Positions 23,915 to 36,120 of a stretch of DNA of 64,000 bases are shown here, piece after piece (position 1 is the stretch's first letter; each line of letters begins with the position of its first letter). The notes beneath the pieces were generated by a model. The model searched no databases. It saw nothing but the letters and a program-made list of their open reading frames with translations, and was not told where the DNA came from. The DNA lies in the NCBI GenBank assembly GCA_964016885.1, contig OZ024741.1, forward strand, positions 144,894,001-144,958,000, given 5' to 3'. The DNA comes from Eledone cirrhosa (Eukaryota). The position numbers and the translations under genes were made by a program.

Positions 23915-25038
23915 TATCCCCTGGGAACGATATTACATCTACCTATTAGTGATATGTATAAGATGTTCCACCAAAATTGCTGGTCTTGTGCCTATAATAG
24001 AAAACATTATAATTATTATCTATTTATATATATATATATATAAACGTTTGTATATGTATAATAAAGCCAAAACAATGCAGGTATGGACATAGACTAAAGA
24101 ATGCAAATTCAAAAGATACTGTTGACAATTAGTCTTTTACCTTAGATTTATTTAAATGTCCTTAATTTTCGAGATAATATCTCTTCTTTGGAGGAAAGTA
24201 AAGCGGTTAAACTAGTGTTCTAAATAGCTTGCCAAGTCATATAATACAATATGTTGAAAAGGTAACACACTAAAGTGAGATAGTTGCCATTAATAATACA
24301 TTTTAATTTATATTTTTAATTATTGTGTCTACTCTGCCTTCCATAGATTATAGACTCCATACACTGGTGGTTTTCCCTGTTTTATTGATGGCACACTATT
24401 TCTTTCTTTAGTGGGTTACCTTTTCAACATATTGTATTTTAAAGAGCTCAGGATTCGGTTTTGTTTGAGCACATTATTGACAGGGAATAACGAGAGTCTA
24501 TGGCTCCGTTAATTTATCGTGATATATATATAAAAGGTATATATTGAGTTAGAAACTCAAAATAGTCTCTTTTAATAAAATAGCTCTAGGAAAGAGATTT
24601 TTCCGAGCCATATATTATAATTGAATATAAAAGAAAGATAAACACAGATATATACATATATGTGTTCAAATCGTAAGGGACCAGATTCTCTAAGGTGAAA
24701 AGAATACTAACTATGGACAAATATGGTTTGCTCGACTCAATTTAAGAATAAATCAAGAAAATAAATACAAACCGGAATTGTGGTAACTACCAATCACCCA
24801 GACAGCGTTTGGCTATGCTGTTTCGCAAAATTAATTGGGAAGAGGAGTACCGATTCTTGCTTAACCTAATGACAGATGACAAAGAATCACAAGGATTCGT
24901 GACATGCTATACAAGGATTGAAGACCTGCCACCATCCTAAAATGTGATCTGACCTATCCTCCTTCCATAGTAACTATAATCCCCAGCACTGTAAATCTCA
25001 CCCCATTCCCACTCTACACAGAATCAGTTCAAACCTGT

Positions 25039-25245
25039 TTAACCCTTTAGCATTTACATTACTCTATATATATATACTATGGCTTTTTCAAGGTAAATGT
25101 TTTATCTTACATAATATCGAATCTATGAGATTTTGATATTATTTATTTTGAGAACAATACCTTAACAGTATGAGCAGCTAGTTACAGCTCGGGTTTGAAT
25201 TGAAAGAGGTGAGAGATACAGTCAGTTTAAATGTTAAAAGGTTAA
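25039..25245. mobile_element. piggyBac-like MITE (copies ~32325-32550, 44943-45178, 51618-51730, 55110-55316)
   Basis: TTAA-CCCTTTAGCATTTA ... TAAATG(C/T)TAAA(A/G)GG-TTAA termini and a shared internal sequence. Confidence 0.7.
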
Positions 25246-27404
25246 ATCCTAAATCATCAGTCATCACTCCTTAGTAGCTATATTCCCACTTGTATCAAAG
25301 ATGTCCCCTCACATCATCCTGTCAATTTCTGCTACACTTGTCATACATCCATGACCTACTTTCTCACCACTTCACTCCACCACACCTATGATATTATATT
25401 TGTGGCATATTTCCTCACCCTCCTCCATCTAGTATGAGGGAGGGGGGATGGAGTTAATGACCAACAATTGCCATGTTTTTGGTACCACAATAAAATGTAC
25501 CCAGTAAAGTGGTTGGTGTTAGGAAGGGCATCCAGCCATAGAAACCAAGCCAAAAAGAATTGAAAGAACCCTCCAGTCAAATCAACAAAAAAAAGAGGTG
25601 GGTGGTAATAGGAAGGGCATTCAGCTGTGGAAAGAATGCCAAAAAAAGTTGAGAGTTTTCTTCAGTTATGTCAAGGGCACAACAATCTTTCTATGTTAGT
25701 GATCTATATGATAAATGTACCCAGTACATTCTGTAAAGTGTTTGATAATAGGATAGAAAGAACATTCAATTGTAGAAAACCTGCCAAACAAAAAGTGGAG
25801 AGGACTCTTCAACTGTGACCAAGACATGATGACCTCTTTCATGCTGGTGCCATGATAAAATGCATCTGTGGCAGCCTGTCTAACAAGCATTAAATGATGA
25901 TGATCTCATTAAATATATGGAACACAGTAGATAATGTAATCCTAGAGCCATGACCAGATAATTCAGGCTGGAATACATTTGATCATATGGGTTGTTCTAT
26001 CATGGATAACATGGGGGCTTGAACAACAACAACAAAAGCAACAATACAAACAAGACATTCCCTACTAGCTTGAATTGTTTGGCTTCCATTAAATTACATC
26101 AAAGCAAGGTATTCAAATAATAATGATATCTTTATTTTAAAGTAAACACCTCAAGTCATATATAAACAACCTGTATCCTGTCAGGAAAAAATAATAAAGA
26201 CTGAAATAGCTATCTTATAGGATTGTATGGGAGAGCTAGTAGAAATCCTGTTCATGGAGATCTTGACAGCAACAAGTAATTGACATACTTATGACCACAT
26301 TAACTCCATTGACCTTATTATCAATAGTTTCCCATTCAATTTGTTTCCCTCAATGCTAAAAATAGTCTGGCAACATGAAATGAGTCAGAGTTTCCTCAAA
26401 ATGTTTGCTGATTCCAGTATCATTAGTCTTCAGTTATGCTGGGGCATGGCTCTGAAGAAATTTTAGATAATCTTATTGATACCATTTTATTCTGTTTTAA
26501 TCCTTTTAATACCAACCTGGCTAAAACCACCACTAGTTCAATGGAACAAAATCACCTATTTTAAAAGATTCCTATTTAAATCTACAAATTCTAACATAAT
26601 TTTATGTAAGAACTATATGTTAAGTTATTATCTTAGTAGTAAAATATTAATAATTAATTAAATCATCTTCAGTAACGAATTGAAATAATACATCAACACA
26701 CACACATCCACCTCACACACATATACATAAAATCTTTCTGCTACTGACCAAACACAACCATAGCACTCACGTGGATACAAACATTGACACATACACACAA
26801 TCATCACACACAGACACGCAAAAATACACTCACATAAGTAGAAACAATAGAAAAAAAAAATCACATACATATGGATGGACACACATACCCAAACATAAAC
26901 ATACACACACAAAAGCTTCCCTCTACAGATAATACAAAGCCACCAACACAAGCACCTATACACACAAACGTACACACATACATAGAAAAAAAAAAAAAAA
27001 ATTACCTACACAGAACCAGATGTAGACAGACTCATACACACCCATTCAACACACACTAGAAGATACACACACACACAGTCGTACATACATATGTAGAAAC
27101 ATCAGAAATACCCCCCATCCCCAACATACACTCACATAAAAAAATAAAATCTTCAGACATATACACACACACACATATATATACCAGTGTGCACACATCA
27201 ACTTTATAAGACTCTGAGCAACCCACATGGCCACACACATCTACCAATTTCTTCCCCTCAGCAAACACACACAACCATACCCATGACACCCACGTACCCC
27301 CTACTTTAGCTCCCCAGGCTGTACCTTCCAACCCACTTTTCTTAACTTCCTTTCATAACCTTCACACACTGCTCATAGGTCAATCTGTTCTCTCCTTATC
27401 CAAC

Positions 27405-27445
27405 CTTTCCTGAAGAAGGACTTCTGTTCGAAACATTGAACCCTC
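27405..27445 (+). ncRNA. Penelope-type minimal hammerhead-like motif (family H3, decayed)
   Basis: CUGAAGA(27410-27416)-A-GGAC-UUCU-GUUC-GAAA-CAUU; downstream sequence resembles the reverse complement of 13080-13130; stem I weak. Confidence 0.5.
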
Positions 27446-27649
27446 TTCCACTTCCTCCAAGCATGAACCTAATATAATTGTGTAATTTTGCATTCCTGTG
27501 TTTTGTTTTGTTTTATTTATTAACTATATTTATATATATAAGATAGTATTATTTTATCGAATTTTGCCATGTATAGTTTCCATATATAATTTATTGTTTG
27601 ATACTGTTTCCATGAAGAAAGAATAATAATTTATTATTTATATTATCTA

Positions 27650-27756
27650 TCCCGCCGAGGTTAACTTTGCCTTTCTCCTTACGAGGTCGATAAAATAAAG
27701 TACCAGTAATGCACTGGGTAATTGCTGGCCTTGTGCCAAAAGTAGAAACAATTATT
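27650..27756 (+). mobile_element. SINE family A, 5'-truncated
   Basis: Matches 1964-2070. Confidence 0.8.
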
Positions 27757-27918
27757 TATATTATCTATATGTTTAAGGTAAATTTAATGCAGATATAACT
27801 ACAGTTCTCAAATTAGAAAATTCAGTGTGAAAGGAATGAAGTGAAAACTTTTTCAATTATTTCCCCAGTACTAAGAAAAGCATAACTTTATGTATTACAG
27901 AGATTATTTTTTATATAT

Positions 27919-28245
27919 GGAGGCATATGGCTTAGTGGTTAGAGCATTGGCCTTGTAATCGAAAGGTTGTGAGTTCAATTCTCAGACCGGGTGATGTGTT
28001 GTTTCCTTGAGCAAGACACTTTATTTCACATTGCTCCAGTTTACTCAGCTGTAGAAATGAGATGATAGGGACTGGGGTCCATATCATTCCACTGTAGAGT
28101 GGTCGTGGAGGTGCCATGGCAAAAAAAGCACCCAGCACTCACTGTAAATGAGGTTGGTGTTAGGAAGGGCATCCAGCTGTAGAAATGAGGCCAGAATCAG
28201 TTCCCGTCCCATCCTTGCAAGCAGGGAAAAGCGGACGTAAAATGA
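27919..28245 (+). mobile_element. SINE family B, full length
   Basis: A/B boxes, core and RTE-derived tail; near-identical to 18920-19244 and 56956-57286. Confidence 0.88.
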
Positions 28246-28684
28246 AGTGAAATGAAATATCTCACAACAAATTTCCAAAAAGCATAAATATATCATCGTG
28301 CATTAGAATATATCACTGCATATTACATGATATCGCTATGTGTATTAGATGCTACCCTTATGTGTATTAGAAGATATCATAGTATACATTACAGAGTATA
28401 CATTACAAGATATATTATGCATTAGAAGATATCACTGCACATTAAACAATATGAATGTGAGCAAGGAATATCAAAAGCATCAATCTCTATGGTCTTATCA
28501 AAATAAAAAAATAAAATAAAAACAAGCATAAAATCTTTAAAACTACAGAAATATAAGGTTTATTTGATTAGGCCTAGTATGGGGCTAAACAACAACAACC
28601 TGTGAAACAATTACTAAACACTATTGGTGAGAAGAGGATGAGGTGAGATGATTTACAATTAGGATAGCTATCACTAGTGGCATT

Positions 28685-29225
28685 ATAAGGCTTCGTGATT
28701 AGGATGTTCAACTTACAATCATAAGATTATGAGTTCAATTTCTGGTGGTACATTGTATCCTTGAGCAAGACAATTTATTTCATGAGACTCCAGTCCATTC
28801 AGCAGCAAAAAATAAATTGTACCTGTACTTCAATGGACCAGCCTTGTTACATACTGTAGCTCACAGTATCTCTATGAGAACTATGTTAAGGGTGCATTTT
28901 TCAGTGGAATGTTAGCCACGTGTATGTTAATTTCATAAGTTGGCAGTTCCATAATTAAAACAATTAGAACACTCATTGTTGAAACTGACAAAGGTTCAAC
29001 ACACAGTTATCATTATTAACATCACTGAGGGCGTCGGATACTCTGATTCGCGACATAGAGTTACGGCCCTTTACGTTCTGAGTTCAAATCCCACCAAGGT
29101 TAACTTTGCCGTTCATCCTTACAGGGTTAATAAAATAAAGTACCAGTCACGGGCTGTGGTTGATTTAATCGACTTTCCCTTCCCCCAAAATGGCTAGCCT
29201 TGTGTCTGAATCAGAAATCACTATT
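28685..29225 (+). mobile_element. Older SINE B-like copy followed by an older SINE A copy
   Basis: CCTTGAGCAAGACAATTTATTTC core at ~28760; GAGTTCAAATCCCACCAAGGTTAACTTTGCC..AAAGTACCAG at ~29080. Confidence 0.7.
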
Positions 29226-30087
29226 AACATCACTAGGAATTTAGCAATCCTAACCTGATGCAGGAATGATGTCTTAGACTTTTATGATCACATTTCCAAT
29301 GAAATACACTCTATTTCAATTAATTAAGGAAGAATCTCGAGGGATTTACTAAATTTGAGTGGGTTGGTATCGATAATGGTGGCATAAATTATAGTACTTC
29401 TCTGCAATAATAGAAAACTCTCAAAATCTGTGGTGAATAGCACTTTATGCATCATAACTTCAGTCAACAATCGTTGAAACTTAACCTCACCATTATGTAA
29501 TATAAACACTTTTGATTAATATCCACCCATACATAATTAACCACTCTAGTTATGTGTGGAGTAAATCATACCATTGTTAGCATCATGATCATCATCGCTG
29601 TCAGCATCATTATTATTATAATTGTCAACATCATCATGACCAGCATTATAATCATCAATATCATCATCATCATCATTATCAGACATCATCATCACCAACG
29701 GCATCAATCATAATCATTCTTTTTCTTTACACCATTAGTTTTTTTTTGTATTTTTTTGTATGATTATATAGTCATTTTACCAGACTGGCATGTATTGAAT
29801 TGAGTGACTTAAAGAGGAAACCAAATAAAAACAGAGATTACAGTGTAAAATAAGATGCTAAGAAAAATATTTCAACATACGAATTCATCACATTCCTTCA
29901 ACTATTTCTATTTGGTTTCATTTGCCTAATGTTTGCTTTGGATTGGCAGTGTTGCAATATTTACTATTGTAAATATCAGAAAATGTTAAGAACATCGACA
30001 GTTGGCAGTCAGAGAAGAACTTTATGTGTGAAAGATTGATTAGAATCAATAAAACAATATAAGTTTATCTGTTTTTGTTTTTTTGTT

Positions 30088-30640
30088 TAACCCTACCATT
30101 ACCATATCTCTAATGAAATACACTACTCATATGTTTCAGATAATTTTGAAAATAACCAAGAATTTAGATGAATTTCATAAAATATTTAACTTTTTCATTA
30201 TTAAATTAGTGTTTGAAACAACTTAAAGGTTCTCACACAAAGTTAGAAAAGAAGGCTTTAGTTTAAATATAGACTATGAAAAATTAGAAATTTTATATCA
30301 TTGAAGCATGTGCGGTCTCAGGTGGGTTGATATTGAAAAGGATAACACAAAGCAGGAAGAAAGACATTATTCAACTAATTAACCCTTTCACTACCATATC
30401 TCTAATGAAATACACTGCCTATGATTTTCAATTGTTTATTAATAATCAAAACTTTGAAGGGTTTAGTAAAATGACTAACTTTCTCATTATTAAGTTGAGG
30501 TTTAGAATATAACTGAAGAAGTTCTTAACATAGACTTATGTTGGAAGGTTAAAATTTAAACAAGAATACTTCCAAACAAACATTTTTATCTTTATAGAAC
30601 TAGGGATGGTTTCAGACAGGTTGGTATCAAAAAAGTTAAA
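30088..30640. mobile_element. Two adjacent piggyBac-like MITEs of a second family (related ~26490-26680, 52728-52920, 55780-56270)
   Basis: TTAACCCT..TACCATATCTCTAATGAAATACACT starts at 30088 and 30379; decayed right TIRs GGT..ATCAAAA..GTTAA. Confidence 0.55.
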
Positions 30641-31199
30641 TAGTTTTCTAACTTTGACTCCAATTTCATCATCTTTTTTACTGTCCTCAAAATGTGGATA
30701 TCAAAACTTGTGGATACTGAGGGGCAAAAGAATATCAAATATCAGGCATGCTATGAGTATCCAGTTTAGAATAGGTACACCATATTGCAGCCTGTTGGCA
30801 ACTAAAAGGGTTCGAGCCAGATGATGATGATGGCAATGATGATGTTGATGATAATAGATGATAGCATTGATGATGATGATGATTGTCATCATCACCGTTT
30901 AATGTCCATTTTTCCATGCTAGCATGGGTTAGACGAGTTATCCTGTTGGGAGCAATGCCAGGTCAGGTGACAATGTCTTGCTCATACAAAACTGATTTTT
31001 GACAATGATAATAACAATGAAAATGATGATGGAAACAATGATGAAAGAAGCAAAAACACAAGACACCATCCTGTCATCTTAAGAAAAGTCCAGTTTGTTT
31101 TAATTAGCTTCATTTGAATTTCTGATTAAGGACTGAACATGGAATATTTCTAACATTCTTTGAATAGATACTATTAGTGAATACAAAAAAATAACAATA

Positions 31200-33685
31200 A
31201 TAGTTTCTAGCATTGGCACAAGGCCAGTAAGTGGGGAGGGCAGTTGATTACATTACACTCTTGACTGATACCTTATATTCTCCACTCTGGAAGAATGAAA
31301 GGGAGAAGATGACCATGATGGAATTTGAACTCAAGACGTAAAGATCACACTGGAACAAAAACTGCAAAGTATTTTGTCCTCCCATGTTCTAATTAATGAT
31401 TATGACAATCATTCACTTTTTCATAGTAATAATAATTGTTTCTACTTTAGGCACACGGCCAGCAATTTGAAGGGTAGGGGAAGTTGATTAAATCGATCCC
31501 AGTGCCTTACTGGTGCTTTACTTTATCAATCCTGTAAGGATGAAAGGCAAAGCTAACCTCGGTGGAATTTGAACTCAGAATGTAAAGGGCTGTAACTCTA
31601 TTAATAATAATAATAATGGCCATATCATATCTGGCTGCTCAGTATTTGCCAAATCTAAATATATGGTGTTAGGAAGGGCATCCAGCTGCAAAAAAACCTG
31701 CCAGAGACACTTCCGTGCACATTAAATGGAACAAAACCGTCTCATGTTCGAGTGGAAGATGGAGGTTAAACGATGATGATGATGATATGCAGACATGATT
31801 GGGTTGCCAGTTATATCATCTGGGCAATATGCCAATACTTCGATATGTAAATAGACAAGAAGTAATATAACATGTACCAAAATTGGTACATATGAACATG
31901 GCCACAACTATCTGGGACATATCTATCCTAACTGGCAAAATAATCAAAACAAATTTCCCAGATATTGTAATCCTCAAAACATATGCTATCCCTTCTGACT
32001 AAGCTGTCAAAATACAACAATTTTGAAATTGAAATACATAAGATATGGGGAAACAAGGTAAAAATAGTGCCTATAATAATTGGAGCACTGGGTATGATAA
32101 AATAAATATGAACAAAAGCATAGAAGCCACATCTGGATTCACAATGTTACACACTATCTAAAAAATAGCTCTACTAGGATCAGCCCACATCCCGCACAAG
32201 ACATTGTTGATTCAATAGCATAGTACAAATATAATTATTTTCACACACAACACATCCTATACCATAATCACCTAATGAAATAAGATAAAACAACACAACT
32301 CACACAACATATACTCTACAAGCATTTACCCTTTAGCATTTAAACTGACTGTATCTGGCCAGAATGCTCTCACCTCTTTCTGTTCAAACCAACTGTAACT
32401 GGCCGTTCATACTGATGTTAAGGTATTTTTCTCAAAATAAATAATATCAAAATCTCATAGATTCGATATTATGTGAGATAATTATGTGAGGTAAAGCCTT
32501 TACCATGAAAATATAATAGTAAATATAGAGTAATGTAAATGCTAAAGATTTAATACTCAATAAAATAACACAACTTACATTACACACATCATACACAACA
32601 AAAAAATAAACACTAAAATAACAAGAAACTACAAGCTAAACCTCATAACAAAACAGGACGCCATACTCTCCCAAATCCCACAGAAAATAAGAACACCATC
32701 CTGCACACACCTTAGGAACATGGAAGCACACAAGGTAATCCAGTAAACTTTTACAATAATAACAATTGTTTCTACTTTTGGCACAAAGGCCAGCATATTT
32801 GGGGGAAGGGCAAAATTGATTACATCAACTCCATGGTACTTTATTTTATCGATCCCATGTGAAAGGTAAACATGACCATGGTAGGATTTGAACTCAGAAT
32901 CTCAAGAGCTAGAACAAATACCACAATGGTGCCAATCCTGCCAGTCCACCATACTCAACAATAACAATAATAACAACAATAATATCAATAAGGATTTCTA
33001 ACAGAAGCACAAGGCCAGCAATTTGGAGGGAGGGGGAAGTCGATTATATTGACCCCAGTAAAAACTGATATTTTATTTTTTCGACCTCACAAGAATGAAA
33101 AGTAAAGCTGACCTCAGCAGGATATGAATGTAGAAAGTTATATTACAATGTATTTTGTCCAACACTACTGATACAATCCACTGCCCTTACAACAATATTA
33201 ATAATTATTTCTACTTTTGGCGCAAGGTCAACAATTACCCCAGTGCATTACTGCTGCTTTATTTTAAAGGCAAAGTTAGCCTTGGAAGGATTTGAACTCA
33301 GAACGCAAAGGGCCATAACTCTATGCTGCAAAGCATGGCTTCCGACCCTCTACCGATACTGTCAACAATATTAATAATAATTGTTTTTTCTAACAATGGC
33401 ACAAAGGTAGATATTTAGAGGAAGGAGAAAATCGATTATCGACTCTGAAAGGATGAAAGGCAAAATTGTCTTCGATAGGGTTTGAACTCGGAAGACAAAG
33501 AGCCAGAACAAATACTGCTATGCATTTGTCTGACACTTTAACAACTCTGCCACTCCACCACTCTCAATAATAACATTAATAATAAATAAATAACGGTTTC
33601 TACTTTAGGCACAAGGCCAGCAATTACCCAGTTCATTACTGGTACTTTATTTTTATCGACCCCGTAAGGATGACAGGCAAATAAT
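31200..33685 (-). mobile_element. Cluster of at least six SINE A copies of different ages, all minus strand, separated by (AAT)n
   Basis: TTTCTA..GGCACAAGGCCAGCAATT starts at ~31204, 31438, 32768, 32995, 33208, 33596. Confidence 0.75.
31870..32220 (+). pseudogene. Decayed R4/Dong-like endonuclease fragment
   Basis: Fragments translate as TIWD..PDIV..IWG..IVPIIIGALGMI..KIALLGSAHI, homologous to 22096-22608, with frameshifts. Confidence 0.6.
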
Positions 33686-34369
33686 AAACACTAATAATAA
33701 ATAAAATAAAATAAAACTCACAGATAATCTTTCTTTCATAAAATCAAAACTGAAATTAAAACTTAGTTTTCTTATGTATTATTCACTCATTTCCTTCGAA
33801 TTAGTCACCTCTATGACTATTTTGCTGAGATGATAAACTGGTTCCAAGTTAACTAACAACTGTTCTAGTTTTCACGTTTTTTCCTTTTTTATATTTTATA
33901 CTACGCTCCACCCATCACCCACTACTACATCACCTCCCTACAGCAGGACATTACTAAATATGTCAGGACATTGTTACATGTCAGTCAGTTAGTAAATTGA
34001 GTAGTGTTCTGAAATTACCGAACAAAAACAATTCCTTTCAGTCATAATTGAAATCAGTCTCAATCACCACCACCCTATCACTTTAGCTATTTTCTACATC
34101 TGTAGGATGTTGTATATATTAATTCAGAAGGATTTATTAGTAAAAGGAAATGTTTAAAATTAAATTATGTTTGATAATGATAAAAAAAACATTTTAAAAT
34201 ATATTGTAATTTACTTAAATGAATGTAAAATAAAATTATTGATCAGAGATTGCCATCTACTTAAAGTGAAAGAATGCCCTCATATTTTAAAACTTTACAC
34301 TATATTTTATTCGTTTAAATAATTGATCAATCATTTCCAGTTGTCCTATTCTTCCTATTTTAAGATACT

Positions 34370-34545
34370 AGGCATTATCAGCAAATTATTTTCCCCAGGT
34401 AGTAGCGTTTGAAATGTTTGGAGAAACTGACAATGAGGTTTTTGTCGATGTTGGCAGCTAACTCTTTCAGGGCTCCTGTCAAGGTGCTTGCTTATTCTAG
34501 CGCTTTAGCCTCACTATCAAAGCTTTAACATCCATTATTGTGGTG
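34370..34545 (-). pseudogene. Possible Tc1/mariner transposase C-terminal remnant
   Basis: Minus-strand peptide ALKELAANIDKNLIVSFSKHFKRYYLGKII resembles mariner-type C-termini; short and frameshifted. Confidence 0.35.
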
Positions 34546-34886
34546 AGTAATTGAATATATGTGTTCACTCATTTCTTTTAATATTCCTCCTTGCATTTTT
34601 TTTTCTTGTACCCTCTCACACTGTCTCCCTTTATTTATTTTTATATATATATATATATTACATTCATTTAATTTATTGAATTATTGATATTTTTTATCTG
34701 AGTGTCCCGAATCTTCCGTTATCGTAAATTTTCGATCGTGCGGTTGATTATAGACTTGTTCTATGTGTGACGGTATTTTAACGATAGTTATAGCTCTGAT
34801 TTATCTAAATCAGTGAGCACTCTGCCGCTCATATCGAATTTTGTTTGTCGTGAACTCGTACGCCGATTTTTCGATACTCGATCATT

Positions 34887-35003
<117 letters not shown>

Positions 35004-35409
35004 TCTCTATATATAACAGCTGGTTTCTCTCCTAACCACATATATCTCCCTTACATTAATACTAGAGCTAAATAAATAAATAAATAAATAAATGTATCAT
35101 TGATACGTTTACTCAACGGATATCCCACTACATAGTTTTCTATATATATATCTTCCTCTCTCTCTATATATATATATCTCTCTCTGTTTCTTTACATGAA
35201 GTTCTTCTCTTTATCTATCTTTCCATCTCTCTATTTTGTTCCATGCATTTCTTCTTTTTCTTCTTTTTCTTCGTTTTCTGTCTTTCTTTCCTTTTTCTCT
35301 CTTTCTTTCTCTCTGTGTTCAATTTTTTCACTGCCAATTCAACTTTTCAAATACAAGTCGATGTTGTACGGTATGTCAAATCTATTTATCTATAAAACTG
35401 TTTATATTG

Positions 35410-35475
35410 TATTTTGTCTGAGGAAGGCATAGCATATTGTTAATATGATATCCCTGAAATATATATAATGAAATA
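35410..35475 (+). ncRNA. Hammerhead ribozyme in the single-arm copy of family H1 (35340-35607)
   Basis: UAUUUUGU-CUGAGGA(35418-35424)-stem II-GAAA(35456-35459)-UAUAUA-UA^AUGAAAUA. Confidence 0.65.
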
Positions 35476-35602
35476 AATATGGTTTTATAAATATAGTTTC
35501 CATTTATTTAATATCGTAAATATACTCCAAATACTTGTCGAGTGCTTTTATATCAGTTATAAATATTTACTCGTTGTAACCCAACAATTTAAATATAACT
35601 TT

Positions 35603-35643
<41 letters not shown>

Positions 35644-35906
35644 TAAATGGAAAAAATGGAACGAAATTTCATTTCTCACTCTTAGTATGGCTGTTACTTA
35701 AATATAAGTATGTATACGTACATACATATATGTATACAGACGTACAGTAGTATGTATGTATATACATACATGCACACATATATAAATGTACGTACGGATT
35801 TACCGAGCATTTATTATATTGCTCGGTTTGTTTGTAAACAAACATCTCGAATTAAGCCGTACAGTGTTTAGCAACCATCGTTGCCCTTTTGTTCAACACT
35901 GACAAA

Positions 35907-35956
35907 GGAACGATGTACTAGTTTCAAGCTTATTAGCTATCGTCAGCACCGTATCC
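35907..35956 (-). ncRNA. Minimal type I hammerhead ribozyme (family H7)
   Basis: Minus strand GGAU-ACGGUG-CUGACGA-U-AGCU-AAUA-AGCU-U-GAAA-CUAG-UA^CAUCGU-UCC; stem III is the palindrome ACUAGU; lies between ~45-bp direct repeats at 35643 and 36071. Confidence 0.75.
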
Positions 35957-36120
35957 CTTCCTGCCAGATGATTGAACGTCTGAAAGTATATACTTTCCTT
36001 ATGCATATTAACGGCTGAGCAGCCTAATTTGCATATCGAGTGAGTTAATCGGCAGGGCGCACCGAAAACGATAAATGGAAAAAATAAAATAAAATTTCAT
36101 TTCTCATTCTTAGTACGGTA

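Noticed and set aside
27919-27990. tRNA gene
   Set aside because: The A/B boxes belong to a SINE head that continues into SINE core and tail; no complete cloverleaf
34399-34542. Apparent exon between CCCCAG| and |GTGAGT
   Set aside because: Stops in all three plus frames; the minus strand looks like a transposase remnant; a non-coding exon is not excluded
35975-36000. Plus-strand CAGAUGA..GAAA-GUAUAUAC-UU hammerhead-like string
   Set aside because: Core mismatch and no stem I or II; the convincing motif is on the minus strand beside it
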